A stretch of DNA of 64,000 bases from NCBI GenBank assembly GCA_036522895.1, contig DATDEX010000279.1:69793-133792 (forward strand), given 5' to 3'. The notes below the pieces were generated by a model, which was not told the origin of the DNA, ran no database searches, and saw only the letters and a list, made by a program, of their open reading frames with translations. This stretch comes from Candidatus Eiseniibacteriota bacterium (GTDB lineage Bacteria > Eisenbacteria > RBG-16-71-46). Made by a program: the position numbers and the translations under genes. Positions 46,382-56,929 of the stretch are shown one piece after another (the stretch's first letter is position 1; every line of letters starts with the position of its first letter).

Positions 46382-47407
46382 CGAATTGGTTGGATTGTCA
46401 ACACCAACTGAGGGACCGGGCCCCGCCGGGCCACACCATCACACGCTCCCGGCTCCCGATCAGCCCGGATTGCCAGGCAACCACGGCGGTGGGCGCGGCG
46501 GTTGTGCCACCGACGTGTGCGCTGTCAACGCAAGACGCTCGATTTCGAGTACGTACCGCTGGCGCAGCGCCGCGACCTGAGCTTCGACTTCCTCGACTAG
46601 GGCAGGGGCACACAGTACGGCCCGGCCAACGCTCGGCGGCGCCGCGATCGGAACAACTTGGCCGATTCCTGTAAATGCACAGGCCTCTCTTCATGGAGCG
46701 TGGTTTCGAGCGAAGCGGCAGAGCTGGTATTGCGTCGCTTCCGTCCGACGCAATGCCCCCAGGTGGTGACTCGCCAGTAGTCAAGTCTGGCGACAGCAAT
46801 CACTTGCAATCATCGAGGTGGCTCCGCACAAAGAAACTACTGCCTTCCGCCTCAGGATCCGGGATGGGCACCTCAAGGGCCGGGTCAGTAGCACATCGGA
46901 TAAGAATCTTCTGTTCACTTATATATTAGAATGAGAAAGACTTGACTTGTCACACATGCGCTCTATGGTGCCCCTCTCAGGGACGCAGCTGCCGCCAGTT
47001 CTCCATCCTCGAGGCAATGACCGTGCGCTCCGGGGTTCTTCCCCAGCTAGGCGTGGAGCGGCACAGGCAGGAGTCACCTGTATCTCAGCATCGAGTACCG
47101 CCTGACAGAAGTGATTGCGAGTCTGCCATCTCGGCGGCTTCAACGCTCTGGTGACTGGCTTGGGAAATGAACGCGGATGAACATCAGCCGTTGTCCAGGC
47201 CCGAGCTTCAGGTAGAGCGATTCCCCGCTTAGCAGGATAGGATCGTCTCTAACAAGGGCATAGCGCTTGGCACATTTTGCGCTTGTCTCATGTGCTCGCC
47301 AACGGATTCATGCAGCCTGGATGCATGAGACCAGAGTCTACATAAGTAGCTAACCTGACCGATCAGTTCGACACGGCACGTTAGATCTCGGAAGGAAGCC
47401 CAACGTC

Positions 47408-48025
47408 GTGCATAACTTGGCTGCAGGCATTCTTATCGCCCTGCTGATGGCGGGTTTGTGGGCGGAGGCCTCGGCCGACAAATCCACGAGCGGCGGGGCT
47501 GCACCCGAGAGCGCCCAGGCCTCGGTCGCGCCGATTCCGTCAAACAGCGACACCTCCATGGTCACGGGAGCGGGGCTCAACACGAAGTCTTGGCCGATTG
47601 ATCGCCCTGTTCAAGGTGGCGTGATGCGGAAGCTACCCGGACGACGTGATTGGATCTTTGTACGAGCGATACCCGAGGCGGAGATGCAGCGGCTTGGTCA
47701 GCAACAACAGATTGACCTCCTGAAACTTCACGGCAGCGAACCGCGGGACATCGAACTCGTGATCCCCGACTCGCTTGCTTTGAGGAGGTTACCGCGGTTC
47801 GGAATCGCCTCGAGCTGCGCTCCGCCTTGCACGCTTCAGGTCCGCGTCCTCTATCGCCAGCTTCCGCGCCTGCTCGCCGACAGCTTGGTGTTCTGGGGAT
47901 CCGGCGACCGTGATTCGAGGGGGGCGGGATCAGTGAAATCGCAACGATCCACGCCGGGCGATCCGAAGTCGCCTACCCCGTATTCCGCCCGCCCGAGAAA
48001 ACCGCCCCGCAGTGGCGGCCATTAA
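47408..48025 (+). CDS. Secreted protein, paralogue of the N-terminal domain of the 49058..52471 protease
   Basis: GAGLNTKSWPIDRPVQGGVMRK...RVLYRQLPRL versus GTGLNQRPWPVDRPVAGGAMRK...RVLYRQLPEM. Confidence 0.6.
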   Translation: MHNLAAGILIALLMAGLWAEASADKSTSGGAAPESAQASVAPIPSNSDTSMVTGAGLNTKSWPIDRPVQGGVMRKLPGRRDWIFVRAIPEAEMQRLGQQQQIDLLKLHGSEPRDIELVIPDSLALRRLPRFGIASSCAPPCTLQVRVLYRQLPRLLADSLVFWGSGDRDSRGAGSVKSQRSTPGDPKSPTPYSARPRKPPRSGGH

Positions 48026-48154
48026 ACAACGTTGCACTCAACGCGCCGCTCATCGTGCGGCCTGTGGGCTAGGCGCCGATCGCCGCTTCCCGCGCGAGGC
48101 GGGACGACGCCGTCTGTCAGTGCCCAACGCGCAATACAACGCACGGAGGTTGAA

Positions 48155-49009
48155 ATGGGTCGCACGCGCGCACTGCTTGTCGCTGTCGTCGTCTATCTGG
48201 CATGGCTCCCGACTGTGCAGGCCGGGAACAATGCCGGCGGGACTGCTTATCTGACGTGGGATGTCGCCGGTCAGGTGCCGGTGCTCTCCCAACCGGTCGC
48301 CCAGCCGTTCCCGCTCTACCTCCATCTTGCCGGCGTACCTGATATCCGGTCGCTGGCGGTGTCGCTGCGCTGGGCACCTTACGATTCGGTAGGCGCCTGT
48401 TACACGATGATTTCTGGCGCGCCGGATGAATCCTGCGGCGCGGGAAACGACAGCCTTCCTGGCGGGCCATTTGCCGGGGACTCCAGCTACACTTGGAGCA
48501 TTCGCTACGCGCCTGGCGACGGCACCAAGACCTGTGTCCAGTATTGGTTCTCCGCGGCCTCATGTGACACCGCGCCGCCCGGCAAATTTGCGATCGCCTC
48601 CGTCGCCGTGCTCGATGGTAACGGCTCCGTTGACACCCTGAGGAACGTCGGGGACGCCAAGCTCTCTGGGGTGGCCGGTGCGGACACCACTTGGTGGGGG
48701 TCAGCTACGGCGCCGCCGACTCCCTCAGCCGTTGCCTTCTGGATGCTCCTGCATCCCAACCCGACAACTGGTGAAGTGCGCCTCGACGTGTCGCTCCCAT
48801 CGCCGGAGATGATTCACCTCGGCATCTATGACCTCGCCGGTCGGGCGGTACGCCAGCTCGAACAGGGTGGGGCGCTCGGCAGTGGCCTGCACCGCTACCG
48901 TTGGGACCTGAGAGATGCCAGTGGTCAACGGGTGCCAAGCGGCATCTATTTTGCCCGCGTCGCAAGTGCGCGTGGATCCCGACTCATGCGAATCGTGGTG
49001 GTGAAGTAA
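48155..49009 (+). CDS. Secreted protein with C-terminal sorting-type beta-sandwich domain
   Basis: RBS GGAGGT, ATG 48155, signal peptide. C-terminal ...IHLGIYDLAGRAVRQL...GIYFARV...RIVVVK. Confidence 0.7.
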   Translation: MGRTRALLVAVVVYLAWLPTVQAGNNAGGTAYLTWDVAGQVPVLSQPVAQPFPLYLHLAGVPDIRSLAVSLRWAPYDSVGACYTMISGAPDESCGAGNDSLPGGPFAGDSSYTWSIRYAPGDGTKTCVQYWFSAASCDTAPPGKFAIASVAVLDGNGSVDTLRNVGDAKLSGVAGADTTWWGSATAPPTPSAVAFWMLLHPNPTTGEVRLDVSLPSPEMIHLGIYDLAGRAVRQLEQGGALGSGLHRYRWDLRDASGQRVPSGIYFARVASARGSRLMRIVVVK

Positions 49010-49057
49010 CTCTTGACGAACCTCTTTCCTCCCAGACAAGAAACACGGAGGCCACCC

Positions 49058-52000
49058 ATGCGTCAGATCGTCGCGCTCGTTCTCGCGGCGTGTTTCTTTA
49101 GCACGACCCCCACCTCAGCCGCCCAAACGCCCGCTCGCGACAGCCAGCCTGATAGAATCCACAGTCAGCCGGCGATAGCCCCGATTCCCACTCCTGAGGC
49201 GCCTGACACATCGACGCTGGCCGGCACCGGACTCAACCAGAGACCCTGGCCGGTTGACCGTCCCGTGGCCGGCGGCGCAATGCGCAAGGACCCCGGTAGC
49301 CGGGAATGGCACTTCGTAAGGGCGATGAGCGACGAGGAGATGCGCACGGCGCACCAGAGATACCTCGAGGAAATGGTTGCCAAGCATGGCAACGAGCCGC
49401 GGGACATCATGGTTCAGGTCAATGATTCGCTCGACGCTTCAAGGCTGGAACGCCTGGGCATCGGAGTCCGGGGGCATGCTCCCTACACGTTGTCGACGCG
49501 CGTCTTGTACCGGCAGCTGCCAGAAATGAAGAGAGCGGGACTGCTCTACTGGGGCAAGAACAGCCCCCAACCGATCCACAGACCGGACGTTCGCGACTCC
49601 TGGCCGGTGAAGCCAGCGGAACCGACACGCGACGGTACCCCTTGGCTACCGACGCCACCACCTAGGCCCATGGTGGTCGACGGCGTATCGTCAACACAGA
49701 CCGTGACAATTTGGAGTGAGGGCTTCGAGACAAATCAGGTGCCTGGTACCTACTGGTCCACCGGTGATCTCAACCCCAACACAGGCCACGACTACTGGGG
49801 CGACAGATCGAGTGGCTGCGGTGCTTGGATTCGCAGCGGAGCCTGGAGCGCAGCTTGTAACGGCAATCTGTCCGGCGACTTTCCATCATGTACGCAGTAT
49901 GTTGACGATCAAGATGCCTACGTGCAAAATCCAGGATACTTTCCGATGAGCGGGTACTCAACTTATGACGCGCTCTTCTACCTCAAGTACCAAACCGAAC
50001 CGAGCTACGATTACTTCTGGTGGGCGTATTCGACTGGCGGCGGCTGGATTCAGGCGGGCGGTAACTACTCGGGGTCGGGCGACTGGACGCAGCTCGGGGT
50101 GACAATCTCGAACGCGACGCACAGCGCCGACAATTTCGCCTTTCAATTTCGCTTCTTCAGCGATTTCAGCAACACCGACGTCGGGGCCTTTGTCGACGAC
50201 GTGCTTCTGCGCGGCGATCCTCTTCAGCCCAACCTGACGTACTACACACCCTCTGGATGGAGCGGGCCGATTGTGCCGTCTTCGATCCAGTTTACATCTA
50301 CGACCGGCACACTCTATGCCGGACAGCCGACCTACATTGATTGGGCGGTCCAGAACAATGGTGTAGCGTCCGCTGCCGGCTTCGATGTCAATTTCTACCT
50401 CGACGGTGGTTACATAGGCTCTAACCACGTCGCTAGCCTGACGAACGGAACCTACTGGTACAGCCCGGATTGGTCCTACACCGTCCAGACTCCTGGCACG
50501 CACACCTTGCAGATGACGATTGATCCCTCGGGGACCGTTGGTGAGTCCAACGAGGGTGATAACACGTTCTCCTCCAGCTTTTACTGGAACCCTGCTCCTC
50601 CGCCGGATCTGATCGTGCAGAGTGTGGTGCCGAGTTCGAGCTTCCCTGCCGTGGGATCAACGATAAGCGCGACGGTAACGATCAAGAACCAGGGGACCGG
50701 GACGGCGAACGGAACCTTTTACACTTACTTTTACAAGAATCCTGGATCAGCGCCCACTCAGGGCCAACTGGGGTACGACGACAGCCACCCGTCGTTCTCC
50801 CTCGCCCCTGGGGCCTCAGAGAGTTACGTGGTGCAAGGGTTGACGTCATCGCTTGCTGTCCCGTGGACAATGTATGCCTATGTCGATGCTACGAATGCGA
50901 TTACAAATGAGTCGTCCGAGGCAAACAACCGAACGGCGAGCTCCGTCGTCAATTGGACTTCCGGCACCGTTACAGTGTCCGGGGTGTTCGCGTACGACGA
51001 CTCACTGCTTGGCCCCAATACACCTATGCGGTGTGCCCACGTGGTGCTGGTAGATGTGGATCCTCCGGGAACACCGGGGTCTGCCAACGGCGAAGACATT
51101 GTCGCGGATCTGAACACGGATGCAACAGGACATTTTGGGCCGGTTACGATTCCCAATCAGGACACGGACGGGGATCAAGGGCGACTTGATCTTTACGCGC
51201 GAGTCTTCGTGGACGCTAGCGCGTCGTGCCTTGGTTCTTACGCGACGGCAGTCCACGCCTACGCGGGCGATCCAGCTCCAGTGTGGTTTTGGCAATCGCC
51301 GACTGTAACGGACATCCCGAACGGTGCATACTCCTTCGGGACGGTCAAACCGTCTGGGTACGTCTTACCGACCGCAGCGCATCTCTATGCGACCGTGCTG
51401 CGCGGCTATGATTATGTCCGCGCACTTGGGGCGACGCCTCCATTCGTGGATATCAGATGGAGCCCAGGGGAGGGATTTGTAACAGCATACGTTTCGGGCT
51501 CGCCACAGCGGCTGTGGATTCAAGGCGACTATTCGTGTTATGCATTGGGTGGATTACGATTGTGGCCGGACGATTGGGATGACGCTGTGATTTTGCACGA
51601 GTATGGGCACGCCGTTGCAGATGCGTTCGGTTTCAAGCCGACGTTCCCACCAGGAACGAGCCTGAGTCACGCCGCCTTCAAGGAGGCGATGGTGAATGGC
51701 ACGCCGTCGCGCGAATTGGCATGGTCGGAGGGGTGGGCATGGTACTTCGCTGCCCAAGTGCTCGGAAGAAATGTATTGGTGAATACGGGGGATTCGCTGG
51801 GCTGCACGGCGGAGGAGAGGATTGATGTTGAGTCCGGGACGTACTGGGATTCAGTGAGCGGAGTGACGGTCAATGCTAACGAGCGAGGGCCGACCTGGGA
51901 GATACCAAATGCCGGAATCCTTTGGGATATTGCCGACGCCGCGAACGACAACCCAAATGGGGACAGGTACGCGGACCGTCTGACAAGTACGCCTGCGGCT

Positions 52001-52471
52001 GTCTGGGATGCCGTGAAGAATCCCGGAGCAACTCACATGACTTCGGCGGACTCATTCTACGTTGTCTACCAGCCGCGGTATGCGAGCGGAGCGACTCAAC
52101 CGACATTGTTCGAGGCGTTGAACGAGGTGTACTGCGAACACGGCGCGTGTGCGCAGAGCGTCGGCGTCACAAGTGGTGGCAACCCCCTTAGCTGGGGAAG
52201 GGTGGAGGCCCGGCCAAATCCATTCTATGGGCGCGCGCGGATTGCGTTGCGTGTACCGCCCGGGGGAGGCGGCACAGTTACCCTGAGGGTATACGATGTG
52301 GGCGGGCAAGTAGTTCGCAGTCTTATGGAGGGGCCGGTCGACGCCGGGGAGTTGCTGGTGCCATGGGACGGGCGCTCGGATCGCGGACGAGTTCTCCCAG
52401 CGGGCATCTACTATGGCCATTTGTCCGGCAAGGGGACCGACCAGGTCTTTAAGCTCGTGTTGCTACGGTGA
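49058..52471 (+). CDS. Secreted zinc metalloprotease (HExxH) with CARDB/Ig-like repeats and C-terminal sorting-type domain
   Basis: RBS ACGGAGG, then MRQIVALVLAACFF signal peptide. VILHEYGHAVADAFG. C-terminal ...VTLRVYDVGGQVVRSL...GIYYGHL...KLVLLR. Confidence 0.8.
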   Translation: MRQIVALVLAACFFSTTPTSAAQTPARDSQPDRIHSQPAIAPIPTPEAPDTSTLAGTGLNQRPWPVDRPVAGGAMRKDPGSREWHFVRAMSDEEMRTAHQRYLEEMVAKHGNEPRDIMVQVNDSLDASRLERLGIGVRGHAPYTLSTRVLYRQLPEMKRAGLLYWGKNSPQPIHRPDVRDSWPVKPAEPTRDGTPWLPTPPPRPMVVDGVSSTQTVTIWSEGFETNQVPGTYWSTGDLNPNTGHDYWGDRSSGCGAWIRSGAWSAACNGNLSGDFPSCTQYVDDQDAYVQNPGYFPMSGYSTYDALFYLKYQTEPSYDYFWWAYSTGGGWIQAGGNYSGSGDWTQLGVTISNATHSADNFAFQFRFFSDFSNTDVGAFVDDVLLRGDPLQPNLTYYTPSGWSGPIVPSSIQFTSTTGTLYAGQPTYIDWAVQNNGVASAAGFDVNFYLDGGYIGSNHVASLTNGTYWYSPDWSYTVQTPGTHTLQMTIDPSGTVGESNEGDNTFSSSFYWNPAPPPDLIVQSVVPSSSFPAVGSTISATVTIKNQGTGTANGTFYTYFYKNPGSAPTQGQLGYDDSHPSFSLAPGASESYVVQGLTSSLAVPWTMYAYVDATNAITNESSEANNRTASSVVNWTSGTVTVSGVFAYDDSLLGPNTPMRCAHVVLVDVDPPGTPGSANGEDIVADLNTDATGHFGPVTIPNQDTDGDQGRLDLYARVFVDASASCLGSYATAVHAYAGDPAPVWFWQSPTVTDIPNGAYSFGTVKPSGYVLPTAAHLYATVLRGYDYVRALGATPPFVDIRWSPGEGFVTAYVSGSPQRLWIQGDYSCYALGGLRLWPDDWDDAVILHEYGHAVADAFGFKPTFPPGTSLSHAAFKEAMVNGTPSRELAWSEGWAWYFAAQVLGRNVLVNTGDSLGCTAEERIDVESGTYWDSVSGVTVNANERGPTWEIPNAGILWDIADAANDNPNGDRYADRLTSTPAAVWDAVKNPGATHMTSADSFYVVYQPRYASGATQPTLFEALNEVYCEHGACAQSVGVTSGGNPLSWGRVEARPNPFYGRARIALRVPPGGGGTVTLRVYDVGGQVVRSLMEGPVDAGELLVPWDGRSDRGRVLPAGIYYGHLSGKGTDQVFKLVLLR

Positions 52472-52478
52472 GGAGGCA

Positions 52479-53294
52479 ATGATGAGGTGGCGACTGACCG
52501 TGCTCACGACTGTCGCGTCTGCCGCAATGTGCTTTGGGACTAGTGGGGCGACCCCGCGTCAGGAACCGGGCGAGGCGTTGTTCGTGCTGGAGGCGAGGTT
52601 TAGTGAACCTCCGCGAGTTGGCCTGCCGGTAAAGCTCGGCTTGATGCTGCTTGACTTCGCGGGTTATCCACCAGATTCGAGCACGGTTGAGGCTCGGCTG
52701 ATACTGCCTCAGGGCTGGGAAGTCATCTCCGGTGATACCACGTACCGCGGGCCGATTCCGCGCGGCGAACTTCACTGGTCCCTTACCGTGAGACCAGCTC
52801 ATCCAGGACGCTACGAGATCCGGCGCTCGGTACGAATCGAGCGTGGCCGCTTCGGTGTGGACGAGGGCGAGTGGAAGCAAGGCATTGACGTTCGACAAGA
52901 CACGACGATCGTGAGCCGCAGCGAGCCGGCTCGGCTCGAGACTGTTCGCCGCGGTCAGCGTTATCGCTATGGGTACCTGTTCTTGGTTCCGATTGATGGC
53001 CCGGAGGAGTTCACCCAAGACAATCTGACGGACCGGGCGAGTGCGGTTGCGGGCCCACCGGCCATTTGCAGCGCATGCTCGACGGGGGATCCGACCACTG
53101 TACGCTGGGCAGTCTTGACAGACAGAAATGGCGCAATCCTGGATGTGCGCCTTTGTGACCAGGTGGATCCGGAGTCGCCAGTCGCGACCACTACTCGCCA
53201 GGCTTTGCGGAAATGGACATTCGTGCCCGGTCGATATCGTGGCCGATCCGTCGCCGATTGGGTGATCGTGAAAGTGCCAGTAGCCCGCCGGTAA
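52479..53294 (+). CDS. Secreted protein with TonB-C-like C-terminal domain
   Basis: RBS AGGAGG; signal peptide. QALRKWTFVPGRYRGRSVADWVIVKVPV. Confidence 0.5.
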   Translation: MMRWRLTVLTTVASAAMCFGTSGATPRQEPGEALFVLEARFSEPPRVGLPVKLGLMLLDFAGYPPDSSTVEARLILPQGWEVISGDTTYRGPIPRGELHWSLTVRPAHPGRYEIRRSVRIERGRFGVDEGEWKQGIDVRQDTTIVSRSEPARLETVRRGQRYRYGYLFLVPIDGPEEFTQDNLTDRASAVAGPPAICSACSTGDPTTVRWAVLTDRNGAILDVRLCDQVDPESPVATTTRQALRKWTFVPGRYRGRSVADWVIVKVPVARR

Positions 53295-53302
53295 TTGTTG
53301 CG

Positions 53303-53330
53303 GTGCGTCCGGGGGTTGTACCCCCGCAAA
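53303..53330 (+). terminator. Possible hairpin downstream of 52479..53294
   Basis: ccgggggttgtacccccg inverted repeat. No U-tract, so weak. Confidence 0.3.
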
Positions 53331-53484
53331 CAAGACAGTTAGCGACATCTCTTATAACTGTTCGACGTTGCACACTCTCGTGTAACGGTTGTGTCGGGCA
53401 GGATGTTCACTAGCTTTCAGAAGTGCCTGTACTAGCGGTTGCGTAGCTTCGCGGCCGCCTGACCCAACTTATCCGGAACCGGGT

Positions 53485-54585
53485 CTAGCCAGGAATGGTC
53501 TGACCAACCAAGGACGACGGTTCGTGACCCGGGGTGGGAAGCATCGAGTACCGCCGCGAGTCCGCCGGATCGAGCGAAAACCATCCGCGAGCAAGCAAAG
53601 CGGAATCGGTGAGCGCGTCCTCTGTCGTCAGCCACAGGAACCGCTTGGCGTGTTCTGGGTCAAAGGTGCTTGTGCCGCAGATCTGACGGATGTTTTGGAG
53701 TCGCTCTGCCGACGAAACGACGAACAAGGTTCGGAACGCCTTGAATGGCTTCGCCACGCCGAACTCTCCTTGGTAGCGCTGGTAGCTTCCACTGACGAGG
53801 GACGAGAGGTAGAAGCGAGTCGTTTTGAGCACGCCACGGTCCGGGTTGCTCAGCACTTCGGTGCCTCGGTCGACCTCGAGAAAGAACAGCGCACTGGACT
53901 CTCCCCGCTGTAGCGAAAAGACTCCATCGGGCGCATGGGAGATCTTCTGTCTCGGGTCCATAGCGTCTGTCGTGACGTCGCGGACGTGCTTCTTAAGGTC
54001 GGCGCCTGCCGCACCGTCGACAACGTGCTCTGGTATGAAGCCGAGTAACCGGACGTCCGGTCTCTCGGCACAGGCCTGCGTAAGCGTAATCCGGAAGTCG
54101 GAGGCGGCAAGGAAGTGCTTGATGAACAAGTAGTCCTTGGGCTGTTCGCGCCGGGCGTCCCACCCGAGGCTGTCTAGGGGAGCGGCCAGCCGCTCGGCGA
54201 CGACCTCCGCCCCTCGGCGTGCGAGCAAGGCCAGACGGTCTGCGCTGGCCGTTGTCGTGAACGTGGCGATGAACCCGGCCGTCTCCAGCAGTCGTAGCCG
54301 GCGCGAGGCCGTCTGCTCCGACGGGAAGTAGAGCCGCTGGACCTGGGAGGTGGACAGGTAACGGTACTTCAGCAGCGACACGAGCAGTTCGTGGTCGCGC
54401 TCGGTCAAGATGACTGCGCCGTCCTTGCCAGACTTACGAACCAAAGACGTCTCCCGGATCGATGCCCTCGAGCGGTACAGGCGTCGCTCGAGTAATGGCC
54501 GTTGAGAGCGGAGCGACGCGGGTTGTCTTGGCTGAGACGCCGTAGAGCTGGCGGGAGCTTTCGACGACTTGCCTGGCACGCTCAT
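53485..54585 (-). CDS. Replication-relaxation family protein (plasmid/ICE-type). True start possibly downstream (TTG ~54444).
   Basis: ILTERDHELLVSLLKYRYLSTSQVQRLYFPS...RRLRLLETAGFI (wHTH) then ...FFLEVDRGTE. The listed ATG start overlaps the upstream gene by 150 nt. Confidence 0.6.
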   Translation of the reverse strand: MSVPGKSSKAPASSTASQPRQPASLRSQRPLLERRLYRSRASIRETSLVRKSGKDGAVILTERDHELLVSLLKYRYLSTSQVQRLYFPSEQTASRRLRLLETAGFIATFTTTASADRLALLARRGAEVVAERLAAPLDSLGWDARREQPKDYLFIKHFLAASDFRITLTQACAERPDVRLLGFIPEHVVDGAAGADLKKHVRDVTTDAMDPRQKISHAPDGVFSLQRGESSALFFLEVDRGTEVLSNPDRGVLKTTRFYLSSLVSGSYQRYQGEFGVAKPFKAFRTLFVVSSAERLQNIRQICGTSTFDPEHAKRFLWLTTEDALTDSALLARGWFSLDPADSRRYSMLPTPGHEPSSLVGQTIPG

Positions 54586-55876
54586 TGGTACCGCGTGCCG
54601 GCGCAGACGGAGTCTCGACCTGCAGGACTTGGTCGTTGATTCGCGCGTAGACGCGGCCGCGCGACAGGTAGACCACCTCGTTCGGATCCAGACTTACGAG
54701 CTTTGCGTCTGACTCGCGGCGGTAAACCATCTCCCGACAGAGCCGGCGGGCGTCGGATGCGCCAGTGGCGAAGAACACGAGCGTCGAGACCGTCCCGAGA
54801 ATGTGACGGAGTAGCGGCTCCGACAGGTCGCCGGTCTCGAGATGCGCCACCGTCAGCGGTACGCGGTACTTCCTGGTGCGAGAGAACATCTCGCTGTAGT
54901 CCTCGACAGACCCGGCGCAGAAGTGCTGGAACTCATCGATGAAGACGGGGAAGAATGGGCGCTCGCTCTCTGGCACGTCCTCCCGGCTGGTCGCCGCCAG
55001 CTTCAGCTTCGCCACGATCAGTTGACCGACCATGTGGGCGTTGCCCGCGCCCTTGAGCGCTTTGGAGGTCACCCGGAATAGCAGGATCTTTTTCGAGTCG
55101 ATCGCCTCGCGGAAGTTGAGGCAGGCTCCTGGCGTGCAAAGCATCCGCCGGACCGGAGGCGTCATTAGACGATCGAGGCGATTCATCACGGCTTGGTGAG
55201 CAGTCTTATCGAAGGCCGGGTAGTCCTCGGTCCAGAAGGTTGTGAGGAACTCGTCGCTGAGTTGCTCGCACGCCCAGGCCCGGAACTTGTCGCCCTCGGG
55301 ATTGCGGCGTAGGAGGCGCGGAATGTCGAGCAGCGTCCGGTTCGGAATCGCCATCAGAGTTTGGAGCGTCATCCTGAGAATACGCTCCATGCGCGGGGCC
55401 CCGGCCGACTCTCCCTGACCCTCGACCAGGCGGAGGAAAGCGCGGTACGTCTCGTCCACCTTCTCGTGGAGGTCCTCTTCCTTCGCGAGGTGGAGCGGAT
55501 TGAGCGGAACCGGGCACTCCAGATCCCCTGGATCGACGTAGATCACGTCGCGGATGCGGTCCTCGGGGATGGATGGCAAGAGGTAATCACGGTAGAGCTC
55601 GTCGTCCGGCGCCAGGACGGCCAGTCCGTGGCCCAGCTGCAGGTCCTGGGCGATCAGGTTTCGCAGCAGTGTGGTCTTGCCCTTGCCCGACTTGCCGATG
55701 ATGTAGACGTGCTGCGTCCGGAGTTCCGGGTCGAGCCAGACTGGCTGCCGTGAGGTCGCGCCCACTCCAAGCTGCACGCCGTCGGCTGGGGACTCCGGCG
55801 GCTTGGGCTTCAACGTCCGTATTGCGGCGATGTGCTTGTCGAGCAGCCGTCGACCAGCTCCACTCGTCATTGGCAT
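54434..55876 (-). CDS. Type IV coupling protein-like (TraD/TraG/VirD4-like) P-loop ATPase
   Basis: Walker A YIIGKSGKGKTTLL; Walker B FFPVFIDEFQHF. Start placed at MPMTSG to avoid an 80-nt overlap. Confidence 0.6.
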   Translation of the reverse strand: MPMTSGAGRRLLDKHIAAIRTLKPKPPESPADGVQLGVGATSRQPVWLDPELRTQHVYIIGKSGKGKTTLLRNLIAQDLQLGHGLAVLAPDDELYRDYLLPSIPEDRIRDVIYVDPGDLECPVPLNPLHLAKEEDLHEKVDETYRAFLRLVEGQGESAGAPRMERILRMTLQTLMAIPNRTLLDIPRLLRRNPEGDKFRAWACEQLSDEFLTTFWTEDYPAFDKTAHQAVMNRLDRLMTPPVRRMLCTPGACLNFREAIDSKKILLFRVTSKALKGAGNAHMVGQLIVAKLKLAATSREDVPESERPFFPVFIDEFQHFCAGSVEDYSEMFSRTRKYRVPLTVAHLETGDLSEPLLRHILGTVSTLVFFATGASDARRLCREMVYRRESDAKLVSLDPNEVVYLSRGRVYARINDQVLQVETPSAPARGTNERARQVVESSRQLYGVSAKTTRVAPLSTAITRATPVPLEGIDPGDVFGS

Positions 55877-55889
55877 GGACCGTGCCGCC

Positions 55890-56567
55890 TCAGCCCTTCG
55901 ACTTCCGTTGCAGTATCTCGGCAGCGACCTCTTCCAGCCATTCGATGTTGGCCCGCTTGGCGCCGTCACTGATGTCTCCCCGGGTCTCGGTCTCCCTGAT
56001 TAGTTTGGCGAGCGGCACCAAGACATCATCGACTTGTTCCAGCTCCCGGCGGGCATACACTTCGAAGTCGTCATCGAGGGGCCGGACGCGGGTAGCAGCT
56101 ATCCGTCTCTGGAGTCGAACCCGCGCAAGTTCCTGCTCGAGTCGAGCGGTCTCGTGTTGATCGAGTGTCCCGCGAAGCTTTGCACGCGCAGCCGCCTGTT
56201 CGAGGATCTTGGTCTCATGCTCCTCGGCGCTTAACTCTTCGTCGCGCTGAAGGTGCAGATCAAGTTTCGCTGCCTCGTGCGCAGAACTGCGCAGGGCGGT
56301 AATGGCGTCGATCACATTCTTGCCGGCGTTGATCTTGCGGGCATACGCCTCAAGGATTGACGTGTCAACCTTGAGGTGCTGGCGCTTGATGACGCCTTGG
56401 ATCTTGTGCAGGAGGACCGGAGTGCTGTGGTCGTCGTCGTTGAGGAGTTTCGTCAGTTCGCTCGGAAGACCACCGCTGAGCTGAAGTGCTGCTCGCTCGG
56501 CTTCCTTGTCCTTCTTACCGCCAAGCAATCGTCCCAACTTCTTCCACACCAGAGGTTCGTCACTCAT
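55890..56567 (-). CDS. Coiled-coil hypothetical protein
   Basis: Start at MSDEPLVWKK. The upstream 140 aa of the listed ORF overlap the ATPase gene and look spurious. Confidence 0.4.
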   Translation of the reverse strand: MSDEPLVWKKLGRLLGGKKDKEAERAALQLSGGLPSELTKLLNDDDHSTPVLLHKIQGVIKRQHLKVDTSILEAYARKINAGKNVIDAITALRSSAHEAAKLDLHLQRDEELSAEEHETKILEQAAARAKLRGTLDQHETARLEQELARVRLQRRIAATRVRPLDDDFEVYARRELEQVDDVLVPLAKLIRETETRGDISDGAKRANIEWLEEVAAEILQRKSKG

Positions 56568-56929
56568 TGTGGGCCTCTTGACATAATCTATTACAGGACA
56601 TAGACTTAGCGGTCCTGATGCGGGCCCGGGGCGGACCCTCCACGTCGGAGCGCCAGCCCCGCCACCTTCACCAGGAGGTCTCGGATGCTTGATGAGATAT
56701 TTGCCGCTGCGGAGCGCGAAGCGCGCGAACGACTCGCCCCCTTCGAAGAACGCCATCGCGCCTGGCGTGCGTACCACCAAGCCAACTCGCGCGCGCTGCT
56801 CGACTACTTGGCAGCACGCGCGGAACGCTCGATGCCAACCTTCCGCTCGCACTACCGCGAAGCACGTGAGCGCCACGGAGTGGCCTAGATTGCTAGCGCA
56901 TCCATCGTTCTCCCTCGCCCTGCCGTGTG

